Shown here: positions 1 through 9,494 of the stretch, in pieces
How positions within the stretch are numbered: position 1 is the stretch's first letter
Layout of the letters: every line of letters begins with the position of its first letter
DNA from: Atractiella rhizophila
Taxonomy: Eukaryota
Direction of reading: 5' to 3'
NCBI GenBank assembly: GCA_021432655.1
Contig: MU271527.1
Coordinates: 1-50,116, forward strand
Length of the DNA stretch: 50,116 bases
Made by a program: the position numbers and the translations under genes
Notes under the pieces: model-generated
Database searches by the model: none
What the model was told of the DNA's origin: nothing
What the model saw: only the letters and a program-made list of their open reading frames with translations

Positions 1-3000
1 TCACCTGGTGAACTAGCGCGAGAAAAGGTATGGACTGTATGCGACTAGTAATTGTTTTAATGCGTTATACAGTTCACAACGCATCCAACACATCCAGCAG
101 TTATATCTCGCTCGATTGGCTATTCCACATTCAAGTGAGCAGCTTTCATAGCATGTTACTCCGCTTTACTGAAGACAACAGCAATCGAACAGACCTTCTC
201 CAAGTACTCCACCTTCGTTTCTCGCCACCTCAACGCTCAGTATGAAACACACCTTGTCTCTGCGAATAAGATTTATGCTCCAAGCTTAGAAAGGTGGCAG
301 AAACGCGAACAGTGGGAAGACAAGCTTGTCCGTCACCATTTTCCACCAATCACTTTTCTTAACGCCTGAATATGCCTGCATGGTGGTATAGGCATCATCT
401 CAGCTCAGTTACGAAGCATTCGCAGAATATTTGAGCATGGAAGAAAGCGCGAAAGTCCCTGATTATGAGTGTACGAAAATGTTGTATGAAAGGTGTCTAG
501 ACCTTCATCAAGCATCACAACCTACAGTATGGGAGGACTACCTATTTTTCCTGGTTTGTCTTCACTGCAGTTGACGTGACAGCCGAAGAAACTAAGTTGC
601 GACAGGCATCAAGCAAAGGCGAAAGAACCACCGTTTCTGATGCTGCATCACGAGCGACTCGCTTTCAGCCATGGAATGGAGTCGTCTGGGCACAACGGAT
701 GAAAGCCGTCGTGGGTGTTCTTAATCTGTAGCGAGATATCGTTTGAACCAAAGGTTTTGGAGGGTAGGAAAAGGAAAAGGAAAACCTCCTGGATGCCTCA
801 GTCGCTGTGCAGGAGGTATATGACACAGCCATGCAGACTGGGCTGATGAAGAACCGCGTCGATGACCTAGTCGCCGTCACTATTGGATTAGCGGATGTGT
901 ATCGCCGTATGACAGACTTTTTGAGTTAGCCATTCCTTCCCGCTGGCGGTTTGAAGATCTGATGGCTTGCTCAGTTAATGCTGGCGGCGGTGTCGACCCG
1001 ACACTTGTCAGTACGATCGTTGGAATACTCGAGAAGGGGAGGGAGGAAGTTCGAAAAGCTGACAAGAAGAACGGCGATCCTTCTTTACGACTGGAGAAAT
1101 ACCTGTATTCAATGGTTTGTTAATACATGCGTTCTCGGTTCTTCCACTGATGTCCGTTTGTATGACAGTACGAGCGGTTCGACAAATCCCAAGAGGCACT
1201 CGAGCTTTGGCAAGCCGTGACGAAGTCAGCCACGCATCGCAATTCTGCTACAGCTTGGATGATACGTACGGAACTCGAGACTCGTCGTGGCTTGACTGCA
1301 CAAGCGCACGAAAGCTACAAAGCCGCAGTGGCATCCCACCTCGACTACCCGGAGTACATGTTAGAAAAGTGGATTGAGTTTGAGCACTCTTTCGGGACGC
1401 TGGAGGATCTGGAGTATGCGCAAGGGAGGGCAAGGAAGATACGTGCTGCTGTAGCGCGGAAGCGGGAACGTGAGTACGCCGATTGGGGACAAGCACAAGC
1501 TCTGCCTGCAGCAACGGAGGGTGGGGTTCAACAGGTTGAGCCATCGAAGGTGGAGAACGGCGACGGTAGCATGACCAAACGGAAAGAGAGGGAGGAAGAT
1601 GACGACGAGAAAACGACCAAAAAGGCTAAGACTGGTGCGTCGTCCGTAATTTATCATTCTCGCCGCTCACAATGATCTAGATCATGCACTTCCGCCTCTT
1701 CCGGAGAGCAAGCGAGATCGTGAGCATGCCACGGTCTTCGTGAGTGGGCTTTCGAAGAATGTCACTGAGGATATTCTGGAGAAGATGTTCAGAGACGTAT
1801 GCTGCTTCTGTTCCGGCTAGAAGGGATCTCAATATACTGCAGTGCGGTATTATTCGCGAAATCAAAATCCACAGTCAGGGAGATCAGGCCATTGCAACAG
1901 TGGAATTCACCGATGGGGTCAGTCCATGTTGTGGTCTTTCAGCAGCAGTGCTGACAATACAATGCTAGACTTCTGTTCCGGCTGCTCAAACAAAAGACAA
2001 GAAGAGGATTGAAGGTGCAGAGATTGGAGTACATCTTGGATGGCAGTCAACTCTTTATGTCACAAATTTCGCAGAAGAGGCTGTCGATGAAGATATTCGA
2101 AAACTCTTCGCGCCGGTGTGTTTTTTACCAGTCGAAGTGTTTAACTAATTAGCGTAGTATGGGACAATACTCGACATTCGTTGGCCAAGTCGTCGAATAA
2201 AGTCAAGTCGAAGATTCGTATATATCCAATATCTTTCACCATCCAGTGCACAGTCAGCACTCGTCCTCGACAAATTCGAAGCCTTTCCCGGCCTTAGACT
2301 GTCTGTCGCCATTTCAGCACCAGAGAAAAAGAAGGCAAGGACAGACGCGGGTGCTAATGAGAGAGAACTTTATATCAATGGGCTGTCGAGGTTTGTGAAT
2401 GAGGAAGATCTTCGGAAGCTATTCAGCGCGGTTAGTTTCCAGCTGGTGAGGAAGCTTAGCTAATGGCGCTTGTAGTATGGCCTGATTCTGGACATCCGTC
2501 TGCCTACTGACGAGCAAGGACACGCCAAAGGTTGGGCATTTATCGATTTTGATGAAGAAGTAGATACTTTCCCCTCCAGTCGAAGAAGCTTATGTTGTTG
2601 GTAGACCTCCGCGAAGGCCGCCCTCTCCTTGAACAACTACGAATTGAAGAAACGTAGAATCGCAGTCACGATTGCTGATGCCAAAGGTGCCGCACAAAAA
2701 GCAATTTCGAAGCCTAATCGTCAGGCGCGTCGACTTGAAACTCGAAATAGGAGCATCCGAGTCCAAAACGTCCCCAAGGATACACAGGAGGCGCTATTGC
2801 AGCAAACCTTCGAAAAATTCGGAGCTGTGAAACAAGTTGTCTACAAGCTCGGCTCAGATGAGGCAGTCATCGAGTTCGAAAACGAAGCTGTGAGTAACAC
2901 ACTATATCTGCGCGTTAGTGTTCACGATTGTCGAAGGACGTCGGAAAGCTGCTGCTATCGAAGGAGGCCATCACGCTGGGGAATAACGTTCTTAATATTG

Positions 3001-3278
3001 CAGCTGAGGGGATTGTAGGGGATGTCAAACGATCAGGTTCAGCTCAACCACAGCGTTCAGCTTCTCCCGAGACATCTGCACAGACATCATCAACCTCATC
3101 AGCAATTCCAACGGGCAACATGGGTCTCATGCCCCGTACAGTCGCTTCGCGCGCAAGGGGCAAATTGGGAACAGTTCGAGGGCGACGACCTGGTCTTGGA
3201 GCTGCTACGGCTGACAGAGGAGATTCAGGAAATAAACCCAAGGGAAACGACGACTTCAGGAAGATGCTTGTTGATTGA
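1..3278 (+). CDS. PRP24: U4/U6 snRNP recycling factor Prp24/SART3-like protein (HAT repeats + RRMs), multi-exon, 5' end outside the window
   Basis: Spliced exons give HAT-like helices (IEQTFSKYSTFVSRHL, LDYPEYMLEKWIEFEHSFG). RRM segments include TLYVTNF, RELYINGL, KGWAFIDF and RSIRVQNVP. The C-terminal Lsm-binding motif KGNDDFRKML precedes the TGA at 3276-3278. Confidence 0.9.
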
Positions 3279-3670
3279 ATGTCAGGAAATGGAATCAATT
3301 ACCCCGTTGCTGGTATAGTGAAATGAACGTGAATAAACAGAACTGACAACGTGCACTTCGTGAACATTGAAATCCAAATGAGAGGTGAAGCTATTTGTTA
3401 GAGCTAGCGAAAATGAAAACGGTCGTGAATGAAGCTAGACAGTGGACAGTGAACAGATTACGATGAAATAACTATTTCGATACATATTACCACCAACTTG
3501 AACAATCCAACAGAATCCATCAAGCATCCGATAATCAAGAACCGACGACAGCTAAGGCAAGAAATCCGACAAGACAGGACACTGAGAACATGGCGTGCAT
3601 GGTGATGGGGATGTCAAATCCCTTACAAAATGAAACATGTGGGTCCAACAACGAGGACCAATGGGACCAA

Positions 3671-6113
3671 CTAATGGTCACGATTTCCTCTCCAATGAAA
3701 CAAACGAGACAAACTTCCTCCTTTTCCGGGATGCCCTTTTCCGAAATCGGGTGACGAAAAATTTGGTTCGGGTCCAAACGAAGCGCTGTTCCGTTGAGAA
3801 TGGCCTTTCCTGTGCAGCTTCCTTCGTCTACTCGTCCCCTGAGTGGAAACGAGATCAGTGACGTCGTCCCTCTCCTCCATATCCATATTCATACTATGCC
3901 TCCAATCCCTCTCCGAATATCTTGAGTGGCCATTTGAGCTGATAACCTCGCGATCTCCACCCACCAAACTATCTTCGGATATCATCATTGGGGACCTTCG
4001 GAATGGGTCGTCAGATAGGGACGAGGGACGAGGGGTATGGAGTGTCTCAATGGTATGCATATCTCCTTGCAACATGGCCGGGAGGCGAGAGTGATGAAAA
4101 TGACTGGAAGGATACCGTTGCTGAATGTCCCGTATGGAGGATGAAGCGACAGGAGACATCTCGGCGTCCTCCTTGGCGATGGCCCGACTCTCGACAAGGC
4201 TAGTCCGAATAGGGACAGGCGTCATATGGCTGGAGACTGAGTTGGAAGGCATGCGGTAAGTCAGTTCAGAAAGTTTGCGTTGCATCTGATGGGATGACGG
4301 TAATGGCGTCGGCTCGTCGTGAGATGGATCGCGCCTCATCACAGGCGAGGAGGCCGGTGAGCCTGAGAGAAAGGATTCTTCACGTATCGCAGCGGCAGAA
4401 AAGGGATGTGGTTCTCGTTCCGACGGAGTGTTGTAGCTGAGGATGGAGTCTCGTATCGCATCCGTTCTTGCATTTCCCATTCCAAACGTCGACGAATTCA
4501 AAGACACCCTCCTCTCCCTGATCGGATCGAGAGCCGCTGCAACTGATGAACCTCGGAGATCAGACGAAGAAGAGCGCTGTCGAATTTTGGAAGAGGCGGA
4601 AGAAGTCGAGGTGATTTTGGAAGAGTTCCGACGACTGTTTCCACCGCTCTCTCCATTCATGGAGAGGAAGTTCGGGCTATCGGGATCGCGTTCGGTGGGC
4701 AACATGCTGAGGTAGGAGAAGGAATTCCTTTTTGGATCCTCACCCTGCCTCCCATCATCTTCTGATGTGGTTCGAAGCCGATAATGTTGTTCTTCTGGCG
4801 AGATAGTCGTCGGAGATGGGGAGAAGGAGATGTGAGAAATCCTCCTATTCTCCGTGTCATGACCATGACCGTCCCCATTTACCTCTGAAGGTCCCCCGTT
4901 GCTACTTGATGAAAATTTGCTCGCTGGTTCTCCACGCTCTCGAAGCTGTAATAAAGGAGGAATGGAGGGAGGAAGCGAAACGATGGACGATTCGACATTA
5001 GGGTCTCGAATTGACAGTGTGGTATTGGGTCTCGTTCGTCTGTTAGGGAGGGAAGGAAGGCGAAGGGATTAAAATCGTCCCATGCAATTCGGCGAGGAGG
5101 GGGAAGGAGGGAAGTGGATGTCAGAACTCACATTTACATAGAGATGAAGAGAGAGAGAAAAGTGAATCAACAGATCAAAAAAATGGATTGAACAGAGCAG
5201 GATGGAGTATTGGATTATGATGGATAGAATAGAATGTGAAGGGTATGGTACGAACTGAAATGTAAATGTCTTTGTACTTTTGACTGATTATCGAACGGAA
5301 GAAGGGGAGGATGCGAAAGTAGATTGTTGAAGTTTCACGGACTTTTGAATTACGTTGTGCTCCCACTTTAATGCTGCATTGAACCGTATTCAGAGAGTGC
5401 AGCTGGGAGCAAGGGTAAAAAGACAAACCTTGAATTACCGCTTCGTCGAACGTCTGCGCCTGACTGAGTAGCTTTTGGGCCGTGTTGTAGTCGCGAAAGC
5501 AACTGGGGCAAGAGTGAGCAACGAGCTTCCCAGGCAAAGGAACCGTACCCCAGTAGTATCTCCTTCTTAATACCATCATCTACCATTTGGTTGAGCTTTT
5601 GGGCACAAATCAGATACGTTGGACAGACCTTCGATCCCAGCTCTGATCATCATGTCCTCGAGATCATCCAGCAAGTTCTATCCCTTCTTTGAGCACCATA
5701 TTCCCTTCTAGAGAGACAGACAAACCTCGACCATCTCCTCCTCGTTCTTCTCATCTCTGAACCGTCTGTCCACACAAATCCACATCTCCCTAACAACCAT
5801 GAGCCAAAGAGAAGACCAACCTGAGTTCCAACCGATTGGCGCTCGCCTTCCGCTCCGTCAACATCCTGTTCCTCGTACCATACTTTCCCTTAAGCAAAGC
5901 CACGCAACTCTCCCAATCCGCCTTCTTCGCATTATCCTGTCTGTCGAACCAAACCGCGGCCGGTTCCTTCAGACACAAGATCAAGATGTCGCGCTTCGTT
6001 TCCTCGTCCGGCGTGTCCGCGATGCGGAACCAGGAACGGAGACGGGACTCGAAGAGGGAGAATGAGGAGGAGAGACGGCCGTCGAAGGTGGGGAGGGGGA
6101 TGGTGGATGCCAT
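3671..6113 (-). CDS. Intron-containing gene: Ty3/Gypsy Gag capsid-like N-terminal domain plus Ser/Pro/Arg-rich low-complexity tail (candidate domesticated gag)
   Basis: Exons 6113-5821, 5765-5726, 5677-5629, 5579-5549, 5502-5429 and 5373-5343 are joined by five GT-AG introns of 46-55 nt that keep one frame. A further intron (5342-5040, ending CTAACAG) joins in frame to the open frame ending at TAG 3671, giving about 628 aa. Capsid-type motifs: PTFDG, L..PAAVWF, W....LL..KYG, AGIEDD..KKEILLG, TFDEAV..A..WE. The junction to the tail is less certain than exons 1-6. Confidence 0.75.
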
Positions 6114-6763
6114 GTCGGTGGGTTGGTTGGGAGTTGGACTGTGCGATCTGGAAGGGAAAAGGGCATGTACATACGAGCTGGGCGAGAACGAAGAAGAGAA
6201 AGGAGTGGATGCCCGCGTATTTCTATCGTGGATCAATCGCTCGCGATTGGATCGCTGGTCGTCTTCAGCAAACCTTCTTGACCGCTCTCCCTGTTGGCAA
6301 GAGGTAACTCAGTTAACTCAGCAGCTCAGATTCAGTCCGTGTTCTGTCCCTTTGCTCCAACCTGAAAAACATTTACAAAGTTCCATTCAATTGCCAGCAC
6401 GTATCTCACTAGAACACAACACCGGGAATCATCCAGAATCATCCAACCTGCGAAAGACGGAGATCAGTGGTCCCGCTACGTGAAAAATGAATTGACAGTG
6501 ATGAAATGGTCAGAAAAGCCTTTTTAAATCCTCCCTCCCTCTGTTTCGCAACACCTACTCAATTGAAAACATTTCACTCTTGCAATAACAGCAAAAATTA
6601 GTCTGTTCCTCGTCGAGCATATGATGTTGGTAGTTCAGTGGAGCGGTCATGGAATGGATTGACTTGATATGCATCCTCCTCGGATCCTCAATGGCAAAAC
6701 GACTCACAACTGCAAACAACAAACATGTCAGCATGTCATTCATGAAAGGTGTCAGAAGCAGAG

Positions 6764-6850
6764 GGGATCAGATGTTTGGGAATGCATAATGCCAGAAACG
6801 GAGCAACATCAAAGTCTTTCGACTATGAAGTTTCAAGTATCTTCCTTTCC
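6764..6850 (-). ncRNA. Probable box C/D snoRNA with guide to LSU rRNA domain I
   Basis: Lies in host intron 3. TGCATTCCCAAACA (6786-6773) is one nt upstream of CTGA (6771-6768) and perfectly antisense to conserved LSU UGUUUGGGAAUGCA. The C box is non-canonical (AGGAAGA 6846-6840, or TTGATGT 6812-6806). Confidence 0.6.
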
Positions 6851-6978
6851 TTCTTTCTCTCCAATTCCGAGATGAAGACTCACCAAAGACCTAATAATCA
6901 TAGCCATCTATCAAAACAAAACCTGCCCTATGACAAAATTTCGTCAGTTTAAGGTCATAACTTGAAAGGGAAGTGATA

Positions 6979-7083
6979 GGAAGAATCAGAATGAGGTAAG
7001 CTTGGTAAAGAGATCTGCATTTCCTCTGTGTAAGAAAGGATCAGAAGCAGAACTGATATTTTACTTTGGTCATCACTTCTTCC
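6979..7083 (-). ncRNA. SNR61: Box C/D snoRNA, snR61/SNORD38 (U38)-like
   Basis: A perfect terminal stem GGAAGAA/TTCTTCC encloses C box GTGATGA (7076-7070) and D box CTGA (6989-6986). The D' guide TCAGTTCTGCTT-CTGA is antisense to LSU rRNA AAGCAGAACUGG. Confidence 0.85.
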
Positions 7084-7229
7084 ACATAGCGCTTCGCAAT
7101 TGCAAAACCCACAGAAAAAAAAGCGAGAGAAACTCACCATCATCCGTTCTTCCCAACCATCGTCCTACATCCTGAAAAGCACATATCAGCATCTCAGCGC
7201 GAATGTAGATCGTAAACGAAGGCAGGAAA

Positions 7230-7332
7230 CGTCTCAGCTGGTGATGCATGTTATAAATCGTCATCCCAAACAGTCTGTTCGAATTGATCTTGAACTTTTT
7301 GAGAGGTGCGAGACACCCTTTCATCATAGAGC
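7230..7332 (-). ncRNA. SNR55: Box C/D snoRNA, snR55/SNORD33 (U33)-like
   Basis: C box ATGATGA (7327-7321), D' CAGA, C' ATGACGA, D box CTGA (7237-7234). The D guide CATGCATCACCA pairs, with one G-U, with the conserved 18S sequence UGGUGGUGCAUG. It resembles the U33 3' end ACATGCACTACCATCTGA (recalled from memory). Confidence 0.8.
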
Positions 7333-7783
7333 ATACGCCCGTAACGACGCGGTCTGCAGCCATGAAGGAAGGAAAAATAACTCACCTCGTCGTTGCTTGC
7401 AGAAAAAAATTTTGTTGCCTTTTATGCCTGTTCTCCGTCCGCCCGCCGGACTGCATTCCCGTTTAACTGGGACTCCCAAGCAACCAGAAAGCAGAATGTC
7501 GTCAACTATGGTGGACTAATACCCTCTCCTTTCTACTGAAGATAGAGTTTCGAGTTCGCCGACGCAGTTCGACGAGAAACCTCGTTTCGACGCGGGTTTC
7601 CTTTGGCAGTTAGTTCTGAGGTTATGAAAGGAGTTTGGCTTTATGAGGATTATGGCACGTTGAGAAGGCTATGATCTAGGTATGCATTCGTGATATCTGT
7701 CAAAAGTATGGTCTGGAGATTTTATTTTGCGAGTTTAAATGGCTTTGTTGCGAAGTACAATAACCAAAGCGCATTCATTATGT

Positions 7784-8460
7784 CTATGCTTGGTTTCCGT
7801 GGGACCAAGGCATTTGAATGATTTCACACCTCTCCTGAGCCGCAATGATGGTCGAATCTCCAACATCCGTATTGAACCTGATGTCGGAAAGAGGGGAGGA
7901 ATGCCTCGCGGTATCCACCAATCCCTCAAGATATGTGGTCAAGAGAGGGTTACCTCTCACGCCATAGCCAATAATCACACAATCTGTCCAATGTCCCATC
8001 AATGTCTGTCTGAAAGGCACAGAATGGAAAGGCGCGCCGATGGGATTTTTATCCGCGATCCTCCCCTTCAAAGTGTCGCTCAAAACACCAAGCCAGTAAT
8101 CTGCGTCGTCGGCATACGTGAAAATGTCTGTATGATCGAAACCCGCCGCCGTTAGTTTGGCTTGTTGGTCCTCGATGCCGGCTTTAAAAAAAAAAAAATC
8201 GTAGCCCTGCTCAGCGATGTGGTGGTCGTCCCATGCCAAACCTGCCTCTTCATTAAATATTTACCAGAGGAGGGAAAGAATACTTACCAATCGTAACGAT
8301 CGAGGGGAGTTCTGGTGCATCAAACAAGTTATTCACACGCGCAGGGGAAGGTTGCAGAGCTAGACACACCGGTGGAGTTGGTTCTGGTTATCAGGGGACC
8401 CGCCGTCGCTTGATGAACCAAGAAAGCGAAGGCGCTGAGGATAACAGGAGTTAAATTCAT
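7784..8460 (-). CDS. Small, probably secreted protein of unknown function (3 exons)
   Basis: ATG 8460 begins a signal-peptide-like MNLTPVILSAFAFLVHQATA. Two GT-AG introns join in frame to ORF 7784-8239, which contains WTDCVIIGYGVRG...LT.YLEGLV...IRFNT. Confidence 0.7.
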
Positions 8461-8941
8461 CTACGCCATATTCAGCTGATTGTGAATAAATACAGGGGTT
8501 GACCTACGCTGAGAAGAATTCTTTTTTCGTGAACAGTTGAAGTCGACTGAGAGTTCTCGTGATTTTCTATCTTACATCGGGGTACCTCACAAATCCTCGA
8601 CTTTTATATTCCTACAGGAACGGGTTTCAGGAATCACTTCTTCCTCATCCTCTGAACTCCGTCTTATTCTTCCTCCCTTATAGCTTCTCTTCAAGAAAAC
8701 GGTGGAACAGGATATCTCGCCCCGTTCTAGGACCAGGCAACAGAATAGGATTTCTAATGCTGACTGAAAACAACGAAAGGAAGCCCGCCTGAGGACCGTG
8801 ATGCAATTCAGTTTTAGTCCCAAGAGGAAGCAACGGAGGAGGGGATAACGGGAGTGAGGGTTGTCCGCCAACTTCCCTGCGAAGACGCACTCAAGGGGAG
8901 CGGAGTGCAGCGTACTCGAGGTGCAACGATTCTTTGACGCC

Positions 8942-9402
8942 AACGTGTTATTTCCTTGCACACGACATGACGGAATGAATATGTTTGAAAACTCCTCATT
9001 ACAGCATCCTGATGTACACCCCTTTCTCACCTGAAAAGCTTGAACCGGAAAGAGGCCATTAAGCCAAATAGAAAGGAGTACAAAGGTAAGTTGCAATGTC
9101 ACAGAACGAAACTATAGCACAATGGTGGCAGAATGAAGGATGCCCTTGATAATATACTCAGTGTAAAAAAAAAAAAAAAAACGTGTTATTTCCTCGCGCA
9201 CGACATGACGGAATGAATATGTTTGAAAACTCCTCATTACAGCATCCTAATGTACATCCCTTTCTCACCTGAAAGCTTGAACCGGAAAGAAGCCATTAAG
9301 TCAAATGGAAAGGAGTACAAAGGTAAGTTGCAATGTCACAGAACGAAACTATAGCACAATGGTGGCAGAATGAAGGATGCCCTTGATAATATACTCAGTG
9401 TA
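8942..9402. repeat. ~225-bp imperfect tandem duplication separated by a poly-A run
   Basis: 8942-9165 is nearly identical to 9180-9402 (several SNPs and a 1-nt indel). An A17 tract lies at 9165-9181. Confidence 0.95.
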
Positions 9403-9494
9403 TAAATACTGAAAGAGAGTAAGCAACGAGTGTCCGTTATTCGCCCGCTGGACGACTGGAGATCCCGAGTTGTACGCTACACATTCCATGGCCA

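Larger units (their letters stand above)
6579..7385 (-). ncRNA. Spliced non-coding snoRNA host transcript (coordinates span the four introns; true ends unknown)
   Basis: Four consecutive GTGAGT donors (7385, 7137, 6883, 6707) each have a CTGAY/CTAAT branch site and an AG acceptor (7172, 6928, 6710, 6579). The exons are tiny and have no convincing ORF. The introns are 129-214 nt, much longer than the typical ~50 nt. Confidence 0.75.

Noticed and set aside
5836..6483. 215-aa plus-strand ORF overlapping the gag-like exon 1
   Set aside because: TTG start, antisense to a better-supported spliced gene, and no recognisable motifs.
3300..7500. Intact LTR retrotransposon around the gag-like sequence
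   Set aside because: No paired TG...CA LTRs or pol motifs (protease DSG, RT YxDD, integrase HHCC/DDE) seen, and the gag region is interrupted by introns.
7073..7519. ORFs 7073-7363 (-) and 7100-7519 (+) as proteins
   Set aside because: They run across snoRNA boxes and splice sites of the non-coding host and have no family resemblance.
8587..9102. 171-aa minus-strand ORF with hydrophobic N-terminus and several Cys
   Set aside because: GTG start in a eukaryote, an intron-like GTAAGT...CAG on the opposite strand, and a 1-nt indel in the duplicate copy. No coherent gene model was found on either strand.
9165..9181. Poly-A tract as the tail of a retroposed element
   Set aside because: It sits exactly between two tandem copies with no target-site duplication. 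A gap-fill/junction artefact is more likely.
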